Shown here: in pieces, positions 26,644-40,549 of the stretch
Layout: each line of letters opens with the position of its first letter
How positions within the stretch are numbered: position 1 is the first letter of the stretch
Assembly (NCBI GenBank): GCA_002104905.1
Contig: MCFE01000458.1
Location: forward strand, 7,806 to 71,805
Source of the DNA: Basidiobolus meristosporus CBS 931.73
Taxonomy: Eukaryota > Fungi > Basidiobolomycota
DNA: 64,000 nucleotides
Direction: 5' to 3'
Translations under genes and position numbers: made by a program
Notes under the pieces: model-generated
Databases searched by the model: none
What the model was told of the DNA's origin: nothing
The model's input: only the letters and a program-made list of their open reading frames with translations

Positions 26644-29600
26644 TATTGTAAGAATTTGTAATTCCACCTAAATATTTACCTAACTTAGTCAGTTAGATCA
26701 GTACCCTCAAATCCTAGAGAATACTGACCAAATTCCTTGTTAGGGTTTACTTGGAATATTTTTGCCAAAATACCAGGTACCCAGAACATGAAAATTCTCA
26801 AAGTTGTCCAAACAGCCCCAAACCTTGCGCACATACTCTTGGGACATTCCTTAGCCTATTTTAGGTGTTTGTAATGCCAAGACCATGTAAAAGTATAAAT
26901 ACTACTTTTACATACAATAAATCATGAAGTGAAAACCACATAATATACTTGTTCTCCCAGTCACTTCCAATATTTCCAAGACTCTTACTAAAAGGTTATG
27001 AGCCCCAAGGTGTCACTCTCTGCAATGTCCACTACTGCTATTACTGGAATTTCTCCCTCTGCTAAAGAGTGGGATGGATCCAACTACCAAGTGTGGAAGG
27101 TGAAGATGAAGATGCTGCTACAAGAAAGAGGCCTTTGGTATATTGTCATGGGAGAATAATGCCCTCCTAAAAATGTGGGAGAGGAAACCTTGAAGTACCA
27201 GATGAAAGAACAAAGTGCCTTTAACTGCATTTGCCTTAAAGTTAAAGACAAGTTGCTAATTCAATGATCAAGAGCAAAAACAGCAAAGAATGCCTGGAAG
27301 GCATTTGAATACACCTACCAGTCATGTTTAGCTGCTAAGAAAATGTATCTTTGACAAAAATGCTTTACAACAAAGATGCTGCCAGGAGAAGAAATGAAAA
27401 ATCTAATAAACAGAATTACCTTGCGGGTAGATGAGATGGAATCTGTGGGCGCACCAACTACTGATGAGGATGTGATAGTTACCATCCTGAATAGCCTGAC
27501 AGACAAGTTTTAAGGCCTTGTATCAGCCCTAGAGTCCAGAACTGAATATTTGACCTTAAGTTATGTATATCAAAGGCTCCTAGATGAAGAATTAAGAAAA
27601 TTAAGCGCTGTGGTGGTGTATAAGTCCAAGGGAGGGATACATCCAACACTTCTCAAGTGTTTTGTGTGTGGGGTGTTCACTGGGTGCAATAACCTCTGGC
27701 AAAAGCTTGCTAGGAATACTTGGGTTCTGTCTCTATTCCCCTTCACATTAGATTAAAGCCACAAGCTTGTCAAGGGAAAACTATCAAGCTACAATCCCCA
27801 ACTAAGTTGGTGTCTTAACAAACGTATGTGCTGGGTTCAGCATCCTTTGAGATGACAATGTACTAAAGCTTCCAAAGTCAAAACAACTGTAAACTCCACC
27901 AGCAGGGACTTGATAAGAATGCAGCTATGGTCAATAGTTACAAAGACAGAAAAGTATCTTTGCCTGTACAAGAACAAACTTGGGAAAGAATCAAATATAA
28001 TAAAAGATACCTACTCTGAGTATTCCTCACAAGTAGTGCCTCCAAGGTCAGTTGGCTGTCAGCGCAGTTTCCTGGGAGTGTCCTGTGGTCTAGGGTTGGA
28101 AGTTCAGGTAGCAGTAGGTAGCAGTGATCACACTAATCAACAAGTTGGAATATTGATAAAAGGGATGATGGTTTATTGTTGAGGGATAGCCTCCCTTATA
28201 TACTTTTCTCACTGGCTAAGTGATTACTAATCATGGTGTTCCAGAAGACTCTGGATATCAACAGAAATCTTAATGACATCAGAATGACCTAAGAATGTTC
28301 TAAGTATGTGCCGGAAGGTTTCAAGAGGCACAGCACATCCAACCAATCAGGAATCAGTATTCTGAAACTTGTATAACATAGGGATACCTTATATGGTATG
28401 GAAATGGTAGGGATGGTGACACAGGTTAATCATGTGTCACGGGTACTGGTGCAGGTACTTGCCTAATATAGAAGTACTTGTAGCTAGTAATCTTACATAA
28501 AGTGAGGGGTAACTTATGCAATAAGGTAAGCAGGTGTGATAGTCAACCGGCCTATGGGATAGTACTGATTGGGTAAGACAAATGGGATAAAACTAAAATA
28601 AGTGTAGTAGAGATATAGGGAAGTAGAAAATAAGGGAATGAGCACATCTGTCAGTGGGTGTCACTGTCACCCCACTACAGCGCAAATAAGAAGGAAGAAG
28701 AAAATACTTCAATAAGCATGATAACCTAAAAAGGAGGTACCCAAGACTCTACAAAGGCTGCAGTCACCTGTCTTGTAACTGCTACAAAAGGAAAGGACAC
28801 ACATCAGAACGGTGCTTCAAGAAGAAAGATAGTCAGCAGAAAAAGCCTGAATATGGAAATGCTGCAACAACTGAAGTTAGACTATTCATATCTGCATTGA
28901 ATATGACCACAAACAAGGATTCTCACACATGGTATACTGGCTCTGGAGCATCGCAACACTTTACACACCAAAAAGAACTTTTTACCCAATATGAGGAAAT
29001 TCCAATTAAGAAGGTTTTCATTGGTGACAGTAAAACACTTGATGCAGTGGGAGAAGGAGCTATCTCAGTAAACCTTTGAAGCAGTGAAGGAAGCCATACA
29101 CTGACTTTCAAAGAAGTACTCTATGTACCAGAAATAGCTAAGAACCTACTATACAGAGCAGAAGAACTCAGTTTCAGCTTCAACAATTCTGGATGCAAGA
29201 TCACTGATCAAAATGGTTCCCATATTACTTCAGGTATCAGAGATCAGAATCTATAAAAGTGGACTTATATTCCATCATATTTGGAAGCCAATATAAGTAA
29301 CTTAAATGAAGAAACACCAATGCTTTGGCACAGCAGATTTAGGCACATCAATTTTGATTCTTTTGTGCAAAATGATCAAAGATCAGCTAATATCTGGAGT
29401 AAAAATTGATCCCCCAGCTAATTTGGAGCACTGTGAAGCCTGCATATATGGGAAACAAGCCAGACAACTGTTCAAGAGCTCTGGGTTGATCAAAACTTAG
29501 AAAAAATTAGATCCAATTCACTCAGATCTGTGTGGACCTATGCAAAATTTAACCTTAGGCAGGATGAAATATTTGAGCACGTTTATTGATGATTATACAA

Positions 29601-32361
29601 GATACAGATGGGTCTAAATCATGAAGAGAAAGGGAGAAGCTCTGTCTAAACTCAGGAAGTTTAAAGCCATGGTGGAGAGAGAACCTGGTGAAAAAGTCAA
29701 GAAAATACGCTCTGAATATGGTGGAGTATATACCTCAAAACTCTTCATCCACTTCTGCAAAATTCATGGGATAAAGCAAGAGACCACTGTACCATACTCC
29801 CCACAGTAAAATGGTGTAGCAGAATGTTCTAACAGACCAATAATTGATATGGCAAGATCTAAGATCCATGATCAAAAATTATCCTATGATTTTTGGGCAG
29901 AATCAGTTGCTGCTGCTGTATATCTTGAAAATAAGTGTTATAACAGAATACTTTGTGATTCTACTCCATTTGAAGCATGGTATGGATACAGACCAAATGC
30001 AGAACATCAAAGAATATTTGGATGTACAGCATATGCCAAGATACTGCCAGGAAATCAGTCATAATTTGAGCCAAAAAGTGTAAAATGCATATATTTAGGT
30101 TACTGCAATGAGAGTAAAGCATACAGACTCTACAATACTAAAGCAAAGAAGCTGATCAAGTGCAGGGATGTGTTGTTTGATGAAAATTCAGAATTTTTAC
30201 AAGAAATGACTTCAGATGATGACAAAAATTTGATCCCAATTCCACCAATTGACAGGATTGAATCAGAGCAAAGCAATTAAAATTTTTCACTCCAGAGAAC
30301 TTTACAACTGTGGTTCAGCCAGAACCAGTGCCCAGGAATATCCCAGAAGTGATCATTCCAGTATCAAATGCATGGAGATCTAATTGGACAACAAATAGCC
30401 CAAATTACTATATCAATGAGGGTACAAACTTAGCCTATGCCAATTCAGTCCATATTAATGAGCTCCAGACTGCAAAAGATGTCCTAAATAGCCCTCAGAC
30501 AAAGTTTTGGAGATCTGCAATGACTGAGGAATATCAGGCCCTGATGGAAAATCAAACTTGGGACTTGGTCAAATTTCCAGACAGGTCTTCAAGACAAAAT
30601 ACAAGGCTGATGGTACAATTGAAAGACACAAAGCAAGACCTGTGGCCAAAGGATACTCTCAACCAAAAGGACTTGACTATACTGAGACCTTTGCACCAGT
30701 TGCCAAGTTTAGTTACATCAGATTACTGTTGGCTATTGCAGCCAAATATAAGTTTTTTATTCATCAAATTGATGTAAAATGCATTTTTGAATGGAGAACT
30801 TGCTGAGGATGTGTATATGGACCAGCCTGATGGGCTTGTTGACCATGATAACCCCCATTTGGTCTGCAAGCTTAAAATGTCACTCTATGGTCTCAAGCAA
30901 TCACCAAGTGCCAGGAGTTGCAAGATAGATTCTTATTTGAGATCTTTGAGTTTCAAAAAGAGTAATGCTGACTATAGTATATACTACATGCCAGATAGAG
31001 CAATTCCATTTCTATTAGCTATGTATGGGATGATCTTATTATAGCCACCAATGACCTAGAAACATTGGAAGAGACTAAATCCAGCCTATCTAATGAGTTC
31101 AAGATGTCCAATCTAGTTGAACCTAGTTACTACTTAGGGATTAAGTTCTCCATAGACCAAAGTACCCAGACTATTACCCTAAGCCAATCCAAGTATATTC
31201 AAGATATCCTAAAGAAGTACCAAATGGAAGACTGTTAATAGGCAGCTACCCCAATGGAGATAAACCTTGACTTAGTCAAAACTCAACCAAATCAAGAGAG
31301 CTTGGTGCCATCTGAAAGCCCTGACTTTCTTTATCTACCTATAGTTGGCAGTATGATGTATTGCATGCTTGGAACATGTCCAGATATCTCATATTCAGTG
31401 GGAGTTGTCAGCCAACATAATCAGAACTATGCATCTGATCATATTGCAGCAGTTAAGCAGATACTTAGATACCTAAAAGGAACTGCTGATACCTGCTTAA
31501 GATTCACTTATAAATATTCAGACCAGGATCTTATGGGATACTCTGATGCAGATTAGGGATGAAATTTGGAAGACAGAAGATCCTCCACAGGATACCCCTT
31601 TCTTTACTGTAAAGGAGCAATTTCATGGAATTCCAAAAAGCAACCAACCATAGCACTTTCTACTACAGAGGCACAGTACATGGCAGCCTGTAAAGCTACA
31701 AAAGAAGTAATGTGGCTAAGAAAGCTTTTTACAGATTTAGGCCTATGTCAAAAGACACCTGTTACTTTACTTCAAGATAATAAGGATGTATACAACTAGG
31801 TAAAAATCCAACTTTTCATGCTAGAACTAAGCACATAGATAATAGACATCATTTCATATGTGAAGCTATAGAGAATAACTTAGTTAGCTTAGTTTACTGT
31901 CCTATATATGAAATGATTGCAGACATATTCACCAAACCATTTGCTACAGACAAGTTTGAATATCTTAGGTCAAAATTAGGTCTAGTCAATATGAAAATTT
32001 AGCTGAGTGGGAGTGTTGTAAAAATTTGTAATTCCACCTAAATACTCACCTAACTTAGTCACTTAGATCATTACCCTCAAATCCTAGAAAAACTGACCAA
32101 ATTCCTTGTTAGGATTTACTTAGAATATTATCACCAAAATACCAGGTACCCAGAACATGAAAATTCTCAAAGTTGTCAAAGCAGGCCCAAACTTTGCACA
32201 CAGGTTCCTGGGACCTTCCTTAGCCTATTCTGCTGGTTTGTAATGCCAAGACCATGTAAAAGTATGAATACTACATTCACATTCAATAAATCATTGAGTG
32301 AAAACCACATAATCTACTTATTCTCCCAATCACTTCCAATATCTCCAAGACTCTTACATCA
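26644..32361 (+). mobile_element. Full-length decayed Ty1/copia retrotransposon
   Basis: 5' LTR 26644-26993, PBS GGTTATGAGCCC, gag (split by a solo LTR), protease, LWH.RF.HIN, integrase, RT ([16 protein letters not shown]), RNase H (YSDAD, SKKQPTIALSTTEA), PPT GAGTGGGAG, 3' LTR 32014-32361. TSD AAATA/AAGTA. Many stops and frameshifts. Confidence 0.92.
27609..28679 (-). mobile_element. 1,071-bp solo LTR (probably Ty3/gypsy) inserted in copia gag
   Basis: TGTGGTGG..CCACTACA termini; 4-bp TSD GCGC at 27605-08 and 28680-83; TATATAAG on the minus strand near 28.2 kb. Confidence 0.75.
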
Positions 32362-35300
32362 AAGTATGCATTTTACGCTGGCTCAATTATGACTAATTTC
32401 CAGGCAGCTTTTTGGCATATTTGGTACACCCAAATATTCTTAGATGATCTGCACTTGGTCTGTATTCTTACCATGCTTCAAATGGAGCTGAATCACAAAG
32501 TATTTGGATATAACTCCTATTTTTATTGCATGCAGCTGTGGCAACTGATTCCACGCAAAAATCAAAGGATAAATTTTGATCATGGATCATACATCTTACC
32601 TTAAAAGTTATCAATCTGTTAGCCCATTCTGCTACTCCAATTTGCTGTGGGAAGTATGGTACAGCAGTCTCTTACTTTATCTCATGAGCTTTGCAGAAGT
32701 GGATGAAGAGCTTTGAGGTATATTCTCCACCAATGTCAGAGAGTATTTTCTTGATTTTTTCACCAGTTTCTCTCTCCACCATGGCTTTAAACTCCCTGAG
32801 CTTAGATAGAGCTTCTTCCTTTCTCTCCGTGAAGTAGACCCATGTGTATTTTGTATAACTATCAATAAAAGTGCTTAAATACTTCATCCCACTTGAGAAT
32901 AAATTTGGCTTAGGTTCACACAGATCTGAGTGAATTAGACCTAATTTTTCTTGGTTTTGATTAACTCAGAGCTCTTGAACAGCTGTCTGGCTTGTTTCCC
33001 ATATATGCAGGCTTCACTGTGCTCCAAATTAGCTGGAGGAACAATTTTTACTCCGGAAATTAGCTGATCTTTGATCATTTTGCGCAAATACTCAAAATTA
33101 ATGTGTCCAAATTTCCTGTGCCAAAGCATAGGTTTTTCTTCATTTAGTTACTTATATTGGCTTCCAGATATGATTTAATATAAGTCATCTTGTATAGTTT
33201 CTGATCTCTGATACCAAAAGCAATATGGGCACCATTTTGATCAGTGATCATGCATCCAGAATTGTCAAAACTGAAACTGAGTCCTCCTGCTGTGGCCTTG
33301 CTTACAGATAGTAGGTTCTTGGCTATTTCTAGTACATAGAGTACTTCTTTAAAGGTCAGTGTATGGCTTCCTTCACTGCTTCATAGGCTTACTTGGATAG
33401 TTTCTCCTCCCACTGCATCAAGAGTTCTGTTGTCACCCATGAAAACCTTCTTAATTGAAATTTCTTGATGTTGGGTAAAAAGTTTTTTTGGGTTTGTAAA
33501 GCATTGAGATGCTCCAGAGTCAATATACTGCATCTGAGAATCCTTTTTTGTGGTCATGTTTAGTGCAGATATGAATATTCTATCTTCAGTTGTTGCAGCA
33601 TTTCCAAATTCAGGCTTCTTTTGCTGATTATCTTTCTTTTTGAGACACCGGTCTGATGTGTGTCCTTTCCTTTTGTGGTAGTTGCAAAACAGGTTGCTGT
33701 TATCTTTGTAAGGTTTTGGGTACCTCCTTTGTTAGTTATTGTTGTTTATTAATGCATTCTCTTCTTCCCTCTTATTGGTGCTTGATTTTCTTAGTTTTTT
33801 ATCCAGGGGCCTTCCATATATGTATTTAAGGTTGAATCTTCAGTTCTAGGGCTAAGCAGCTCATTTCTATTAAGACAACTTAACCAGAGTGTGCCAGGTT
33901 TCTCCTGAGTGCAAGACAATTTCTACACCATTCAGCACAGAACTCATACAAAAAAGAAGCAGAGTGCACCTATATGGGGGACAAGAATCCACTGTGGAGA
34001 AGGAGTAAATTGGCTGAGTACCAAAAAGTATTCCGTGGATATTCAAGAGTTGGACATGACAAATGTTGGTGGCAACCAAAAACATGCTGGCAAAATATGT
34101 ATGTTACAAGCAATATAAGGTATACAGCAACTTTGCAAGTATTGCACTGAAAAGCCCTAAAGTTGAGGTGAGGGAAGTGTGTCAATTGCAGGGGGGGTGC
34201 ATGTTTGTGGGGGTTAGTAATCAGGAGGCCACAGTGTCTTTTGATTCAATCTGTATGTGGAATACTCATGATAGTAGTGGGTAAGCCAATAAATAGGAGT
34301 GATTCTGCAGTGATATGTATAAGGCATGGGGGGAGGATGAAAAAGGAAATACCATTTGGTAAATTGGTAAGGTAGCACTGAGCTAGCATGACAAGCAAAT
34401 GTAACTACACTGTCAAGGCAGCAATCTCCTTTTATGCTTGATTGAAGTGAACACATTGCTTCAACAAAGCAATAAATAATGTGCCACACACTCCACATAT
34501 TTGTTGAGCATGATGTACCCCAAGATTGAGTGGGATCCATTGGCACCAAAATTGGGTGTGAGAACTGCTTACTGCAAAACTTCACTGAGCCCTGACAAGC
34601 AATTGTTGTCAGCTCAGGCTGGCTTGAGTCTCACTTAGGAAGCCGTTGAATTGTCCAAATACAGGTAGTTCACGAAAGCTGCCGGGGTCTTTGCATCTGT
34701 GGATAGGGCAATAGAGTCTTACTGCGAAGTTACATGGCAGACATGGCTGGTACAAGATCTCCCTGTGTGGGGAGTACATAAAGTTGAAGCGACGTAATTC
34801 ACACGACTTTATATACGATCTGATCCTTATAAACCCAAGCCAGGGCACATGCTGCACAATGCAGGATTAGGCATTGTATTTGGCGTTGAGGTATATTCTA
34901 CACAGGTGAATTGGAGACAGAGTGATGGCTCCCCAGCAATTAGCATAGAAGGTAACGACACTCTTGGTAGCCTACAGATGCTTGGACATGAGGCAGGAGA
35001 CGGGACCCAACAAGGGACACCGAAGAAGGCGCGCGGAAAACCTTCCCGGGTAAGACGGGCCGTGCGTGTTCAGATCCCAACTGGGTCTACGGTGGATCCA
35101 TGAAAACCAGGTTAACACCAGACATGGGACCACCCCCCCTTCTACCATACCGAAGTCCGCCACATCCTTGGCCCTAGCTGACTTGGCCCGACCCCGGGAT
35201 GACCAACCAGGAATAAGCAGCACGGGCTCTGTGGGCCTGTCTCATCGAGCAACTTGAAATACGGTGGTGTATCGTTGCAGTTACAGTTCCTTCCGTGACA

Positions 35301-36071
35301 CCAGATGGATCACCAATCCCTGTCCCCCGATAGGGATGGGGAATCGAGCGACCTGATCTGGCCCAGAGATGGGCAAGAATCTCGTGGCCAACCCATGCAG
35401 CATAGATCAGCGCACCTCAACACTGATCCCCAAATCTATCCAGGGTGACCGTCACCCGCCATCGAAGCTTCCCACCAGTCGTGATGGGTATTGCCCAACG
35501 TCGGACAATCCCCGTTCCCCTGGGGGACAGGGTAAGCGAGGCTATGGTGAAGTAGGTGGGAAAACGCGTCGAACGGGTTTGCCCCCGAGCAGGAGTGAGG
35601 ACTTGGCCAGGTTGGGCTGGACATTCACATGGCGCCAAACACGAGCCCATTCCTCCACCAGGATCAAGAGCCGCGACCGGCGAGCTGTGCGATCGACCTG
35701 AGGCTCGCTGGAAATTCCATCTTCCCATTGCCCTTTGTGTCCACTGCTGCGTAACCTCGGCCCACCGGTAGACAGCAGGCTCACATGAAGACATCCACCG
35801 TACCTCCAACACACATCTCCAGGCCTGACCAGGATTCCAAGGAGCAGCCGAATGGAGCCAGACGGTGGTGCGCCATCAGGGGATCCGGTCGGGAGCCACC
35901 TCAGTGTCACGAGGCAACCAGTCGGTCAGGTAAGTGTCAGGATGGAGTACGCACGGGAAATCACGTCCAGATCAGGTTACTTTATTGCAGACCACGGGAA
36001 CAAATTCACGCTCAAAATGATTAAGAATACTACTAGCAATCAGATGACTAAACAGGCAGCCTAGGAAGCGT

Positions 36072-36725
36072 CTACTGCATCATGTAGGCGACCAAGGATG
36101 CGGGAAGGGCGACAAGCACGCTGGAGATGGCCAACTGGGCTGAGCCGCTCTTGGGCTCTTGCTTGTTTTGGGGGACGGGGGACGGTTGGGAGGGGAGAGC
36201 AACACTCTTGGTGTTGGGCGCAGTGGAGACACTGGGAGTTTGGGCGATGCTGGTAGAGGTGGCTGATTTAGAGGGGCTAGCAGTGGGGGAGGCGGTGGAC
36301 GAGGCAGAGGTACCGTTGTTACTGGGGTTAGTGATGGTGAAGTAGTGGCTGTACTTATCATTGCCAGCGAAGACGGTGTAGTTGACACCGGCAGCGATGC
36401 TGGCAGGCACAGCCCACTCGTATTTTCCAAGGTTGATGTCCACTCCAGAAGCAATGACGGTGGTGGTGCCGAGGTTGGTGGCAACACCGTACTTCAAGGT
36501 AAGATCGATCTTGTCGGGAACTCCAGTCTTGTCACCAACAATCCTATGCACAAAAGATCAGTAACCCTGGGGAGTGTCGACCGCGGGGAAAAAGGATTAC
36601 CAGGTGATGGTGGCGTTGGAGCCGGCCTTCCAGACGGTTCCATCCACAGGGCTGGTGATGTTGAAATCAGCAAACACGGAGGAAATCAAAACGGCAAGAC
36701 CGACAAGAGACTTGGAGAACATCAT
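36072..36725 (-). CDS. Secreted GPI-anchored Ser/Thr-rich cell-surface protein (Kre9/Knh1-like N-terminal domain), 2 exons, 198 aa
   Basis: Exon 1 36725-36601 MMFSKSLVGLAVLISSVFADFNITSPVDGTVWKAGSNATITW (signal peptide plus ITSP..W..G...ITW motif); 57-nt intron GTAATC..TACTGAT..TAG; exon 2 36543-36072 with an S/T/P-rich stalk and a KSGSA omega region followed by a hydrophobic tail. Confidence 0.9.
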
Positions 36726-37954
36726 TGCGTAGTATGAGGCTTGGGTGTGGGGAAGAGGGAGGGGGTTTCGCTTAAATACACCGAGAGCGGCCAGGACTTC
36801 CATTCATTGCTGGCGGTGGAGTGGTACAGACCACCAATCTAGCTTGACTTCGAATGGCGGTAATGAAGGTATAGATGAAGGCCAATATCGCTCGCAGGGA
36901 CAGCATTGGTGGTGTAACGGTCGTCTTGCACTCATTTAGTGCATCTAATAAACGGATCTGGTTGATTACTTGCAACCAGCCAGTCACCGCCCGGCTACCC
37001 ACAATTAAGGTTACTTTGATCGACCTATGGAATAAACAACTCCAACTGTGGGACATCTCATGTAGGCAGATACCAGCAGGAGCTGCTGCGCAACCTCCCT
37101 ATTCACTGAAATTAACCCGGATGCAATCAACCCCCTTGCCAATTCCAGCGATTTCCAGATCTCATCCGAGCTGATCCTGCCATGTCCGCATCGACCAGGA
37201 TCCGCTCACACCCTGGGCGCTAATAGCGTGCCCTCCCCCCGGTCACGTGGCTGGCGGGAATGGAGCCACCTTCAGCCAGAGCAGCGATCTCGTTTTCAAC
37301 GGCCGACCGCATGTCAGATTTGGGCATCTGCAGGCGAGCGTTGCACAAGATTTATTGTCTGGCCTGAAGCACCTAATGCTTGATGCAGATTCGTCCGTCG
37401 ACCCACCCCAAATGTCGTTGTACCAAGTGAGATGATCTTTAATTTCCACCTGTTGCCGGCAAGTGGCTTCCTTTCGGACGAGAGGCTAGCCATGAGTCAA
37501 GCAGAGGCAGCCGAGCATGAATCCAAGGTCGGCATGCTAGACATGGGGTCGCTCCTCTAAGCTCCTGGCAAGGTCATCATTACTAGGCTACCCTCCGCTG
37601 TGGCCATCCATGGGAGCGTTTGCTTCCGAAAGCGAATTCTCCATCTTGGCAAGAGGCCTCAACACACATTGCTTGGACTTCCAAGGGGGATGCTGGCAAA
37701 TGGGCGGAGGGAGGTAGCCATTCGCTCGAGGGATTACGACACCATCACAGCCCATAGGGGCCAGTGAAATCCGGCTGTGACAGGGGGAGTTTTTTTCCGG
37801 CTGCTGGCAGTGGTTGAGGATGATCCAGCTAGTGTTTGTGCTGGCCTGTAGCTGGTGATCATCGATGTTTGTGATGAGCCAAAATGATGTCTGTCATGAT
37901 GTTTCCACTCATGGAGCAAGTGACTACTGGTCGGACTGGTTAACCCCATTTCCC

Positions 37955-37998
37955 TCGCCCTCTCCTCTCCTCTCCTCTCCTTGCCCCGCCCCGCCCTA
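37955..37998 (+). repeat. (CTCTC)n and (GCCCC)n microsatellite
   Basis: ccctctcctctcctctcctctccttgccccgccccgccc, seen directly. Confidence 0.8.
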
Positions 37999-40549
37999 AA
38001 ACCAATGGGGGCTGCGACTGGATTCGCTGGAGCCTGTTTGCACTCAATTTAACCAGGCCAACCGCTCTATTTCAGATCGCCAGTTAGGTCATGGGACTGC
38101 TTGCAGCTGTGTGCCATACCGTTCCACCGCTATAGAGTGTTAGCTGGAAGCCCGTGGCAACCTCGGCTCTTCGGTCGGACTGTGGGCTCGGCTCTCTTGC
38201 ACCTTCAGCCTAGCTTCGACTAGGCTGTCATGGGTGGAGTGGGTGGTCTTTCGGCCAAACCTAGCAGCGCCATGTTTGTGTTGAGGGATCTATTCAGTAC
38301 CTTGTGAGGCTCAGCAAGAAATCCCAGATATCCACTGATGAATGGGAAGTTTTCCACTTTGTCCTCTTTTGGTCGTCCATCATTGGCGGACATTGATTTG
38401 TTGTGCATGCATGTTATTATTGATCTCTTGGTCTACCGTTCGTATTTGGCCCAACTCGGAGATTCGACTCCCACTGGCTAAGAGTGCTGCTGGCTGATGA
38501 AATGTCCCCATAGTCGGGGTATTCGAATCCACGAATGCAACCTCGAGGGCATCGTTCGAGTCGTAAACAGATCGTACTCGCAAAGCAGTGAAAGCTTTGT
38601 TGTTGGCTTTGCCTGCAGTTGCTTGTAAGCAGTAGGTCAGATGGAAGGAACATCCAGCAATCAGTTTGGATAATTGTTTGTTGCTCCTTTTGTTTGCGTT
38701 AGATTCAACACCAATGGTCCCGTCAACAAGGCTTTTCGGTGGTTTCAAAGTCTGCTGCATCGTCTGGGGACGATGAGACTTCTTCTGGTTTGAAATCACT
38801 CTGTGTCACAGTGATGTAGGTAGGGAGAATCGCCTGAAGCAGGCTACGAAATTGGTTTCCATGTAACGTTGTCAACTGGCAAATGCGAGTGGGACGTTAT
38901 TTACGCATTGTGCTCATAGAACCCATCATCAGTGCAAACCATAAATAGCAATCCTTTGCATCTCAATTGTAGAATGCAATCACCGCATTTGGTCGCACGC
39001 AGATGACATGGATGTTGATTTGTTGTTCCATCTATCAGGAATTTTCTATACATCACAGTCTTAACCCCGCTTGCTTAACCCTTGGTACCCCCTAGCTTAT
39101 TCCAAAGCACGTTCACTGCTTTACCCATCGGAACTTCGTATCTGCTTTCTACTAATTTGACTTATGGAGTGGCTAGTTGGGATCAAGGTATTGCAGATCT
39201 GGAAAAAATTGTTAATGGGTAATGAGGGCTGCATATCATATAGACAATCCAATTACTTGTGGTGTAGGATTATGTGCAAGAGCAGTTTGTTAAAATTCAC
39301 ATGAAAATCATGTTCTGATTCTGCATTATGAAGACTATTGATATTTACTCCAGAAGGCAGAAAGCAAGGTGTGTTCTTTTGCTGGCATCCTTGGACATGC
39401 AATTTTGTCCAATTCTTCTAATCCTTTTCTTTGTGGTTTTCATTAACCCATATAGAGGTATGCTGGGAGATGCAACTCTTGTCCTCTCAGAGCTTAATGC
39501 TAGCAATATTCCATTCAGATGTCATATACCTTACACTAGAGCTATTGGTGCACATAGCCATGCCTCAAGAGAGAATGTTAAGAAAAGGTCAGCAGAATAC
39601 CACAACAATATCAGCTGAATTACAAGTTTTTCAAAATATCTTTTGAGTTGCCACCATTATTAGTAATTTAAATCATGAGAGAGCTGGATTTTGGTGCCAA
39701 ATGATGCTGTATAGCTTTTATTGACAGATAGTCTTGTCTACCTGTGATTGTTACATTTTGAACATCAACCTCATTACTGTATTGGCTTAATATGTTTGGA
39801 TTCCATCTTCACACTCAAATAGTAACTTCTCAGAATCTACAATTGAATAGGTGTCTCTGAGTTAATGTACTTGTTTCATCTCCCTGGCAGGAGTTCCATA
39901 TGAGAAATCCCAAACTTGGTATTGAAGCCATTTCCAGCTGGCACTCAGCTGGTACATTCATGATATTTTGCTGTCATTCAGTTGGTGTTTTTCCTTGAAA
40001 TCTTCAGTGGGAATATCTTTAGGAAGTAGTGGGCAGTAGATTACCAAATTTGGTATGAATGTCAGCAAGCCTCATTTCCAATGCAAAATATGTCTGCTTG
40101 TCTGCCCAACAGTCCAAACATTATATATCAAGAGTTCTTGGTTGCACAAAACTTGGAATTCAGTTGATATCATGATGGTATTGTACTAGCCTTTTCTTAA
40201 CTTTTTTCTTATGGACCTTGTATCTTATATCATTATTTGTTCACTGACTCTTGAGCATCCAGAGCTTAATGTGACAGTTCAAGGTCTTAGGCCCCAGCTG
40301 GCAGATATTCCATTGGGTCCTGACAGCATTCATATGTATTTTCTTTACCACTGCTCTTGACAAAGTGCTGGAACCTCTGGAAATGTATAGTATTGTTTCA
40401 AAGCTACATAATGGGCACCACCAAAATACCATTGAAATACCAGCTAAAAATCCAATAAATTCCTAATGTGAGATCTTTCATAGGGATCAAATTCCTAACT
40501 TCCTGGTATTGGTACTTTGTGCATCAGTGAAGCTCTTACTGGAATCATA

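Larger units (their letters stand above)
24661..33856 (-). mobile_element. Older minus-strand copia of the same family hosting the 26644-32361 element
   Basis: LTR 24698-25046, RNase H/RT 25.1-26.5 kb, integrase C-terminus continuous across the nested element (..KCI|YLG.CNESKAYRLY), integrase/protease/zinc knuckle 32.4-33.8 kb. Confidence 0.85.

Noticed and set aside
38220-38799. LINE reverse-transcriptase remnant (AFVDS.., FISGYLGF)
   Set aside because: No YADD or QG motif is recognisable; the similarity is too weak without a profile search.
39150-40500. CpG-free segment possibly from another transposon (Crypton- or gypsy-like)
   Set aside because: No diagnostic motif or termini found.
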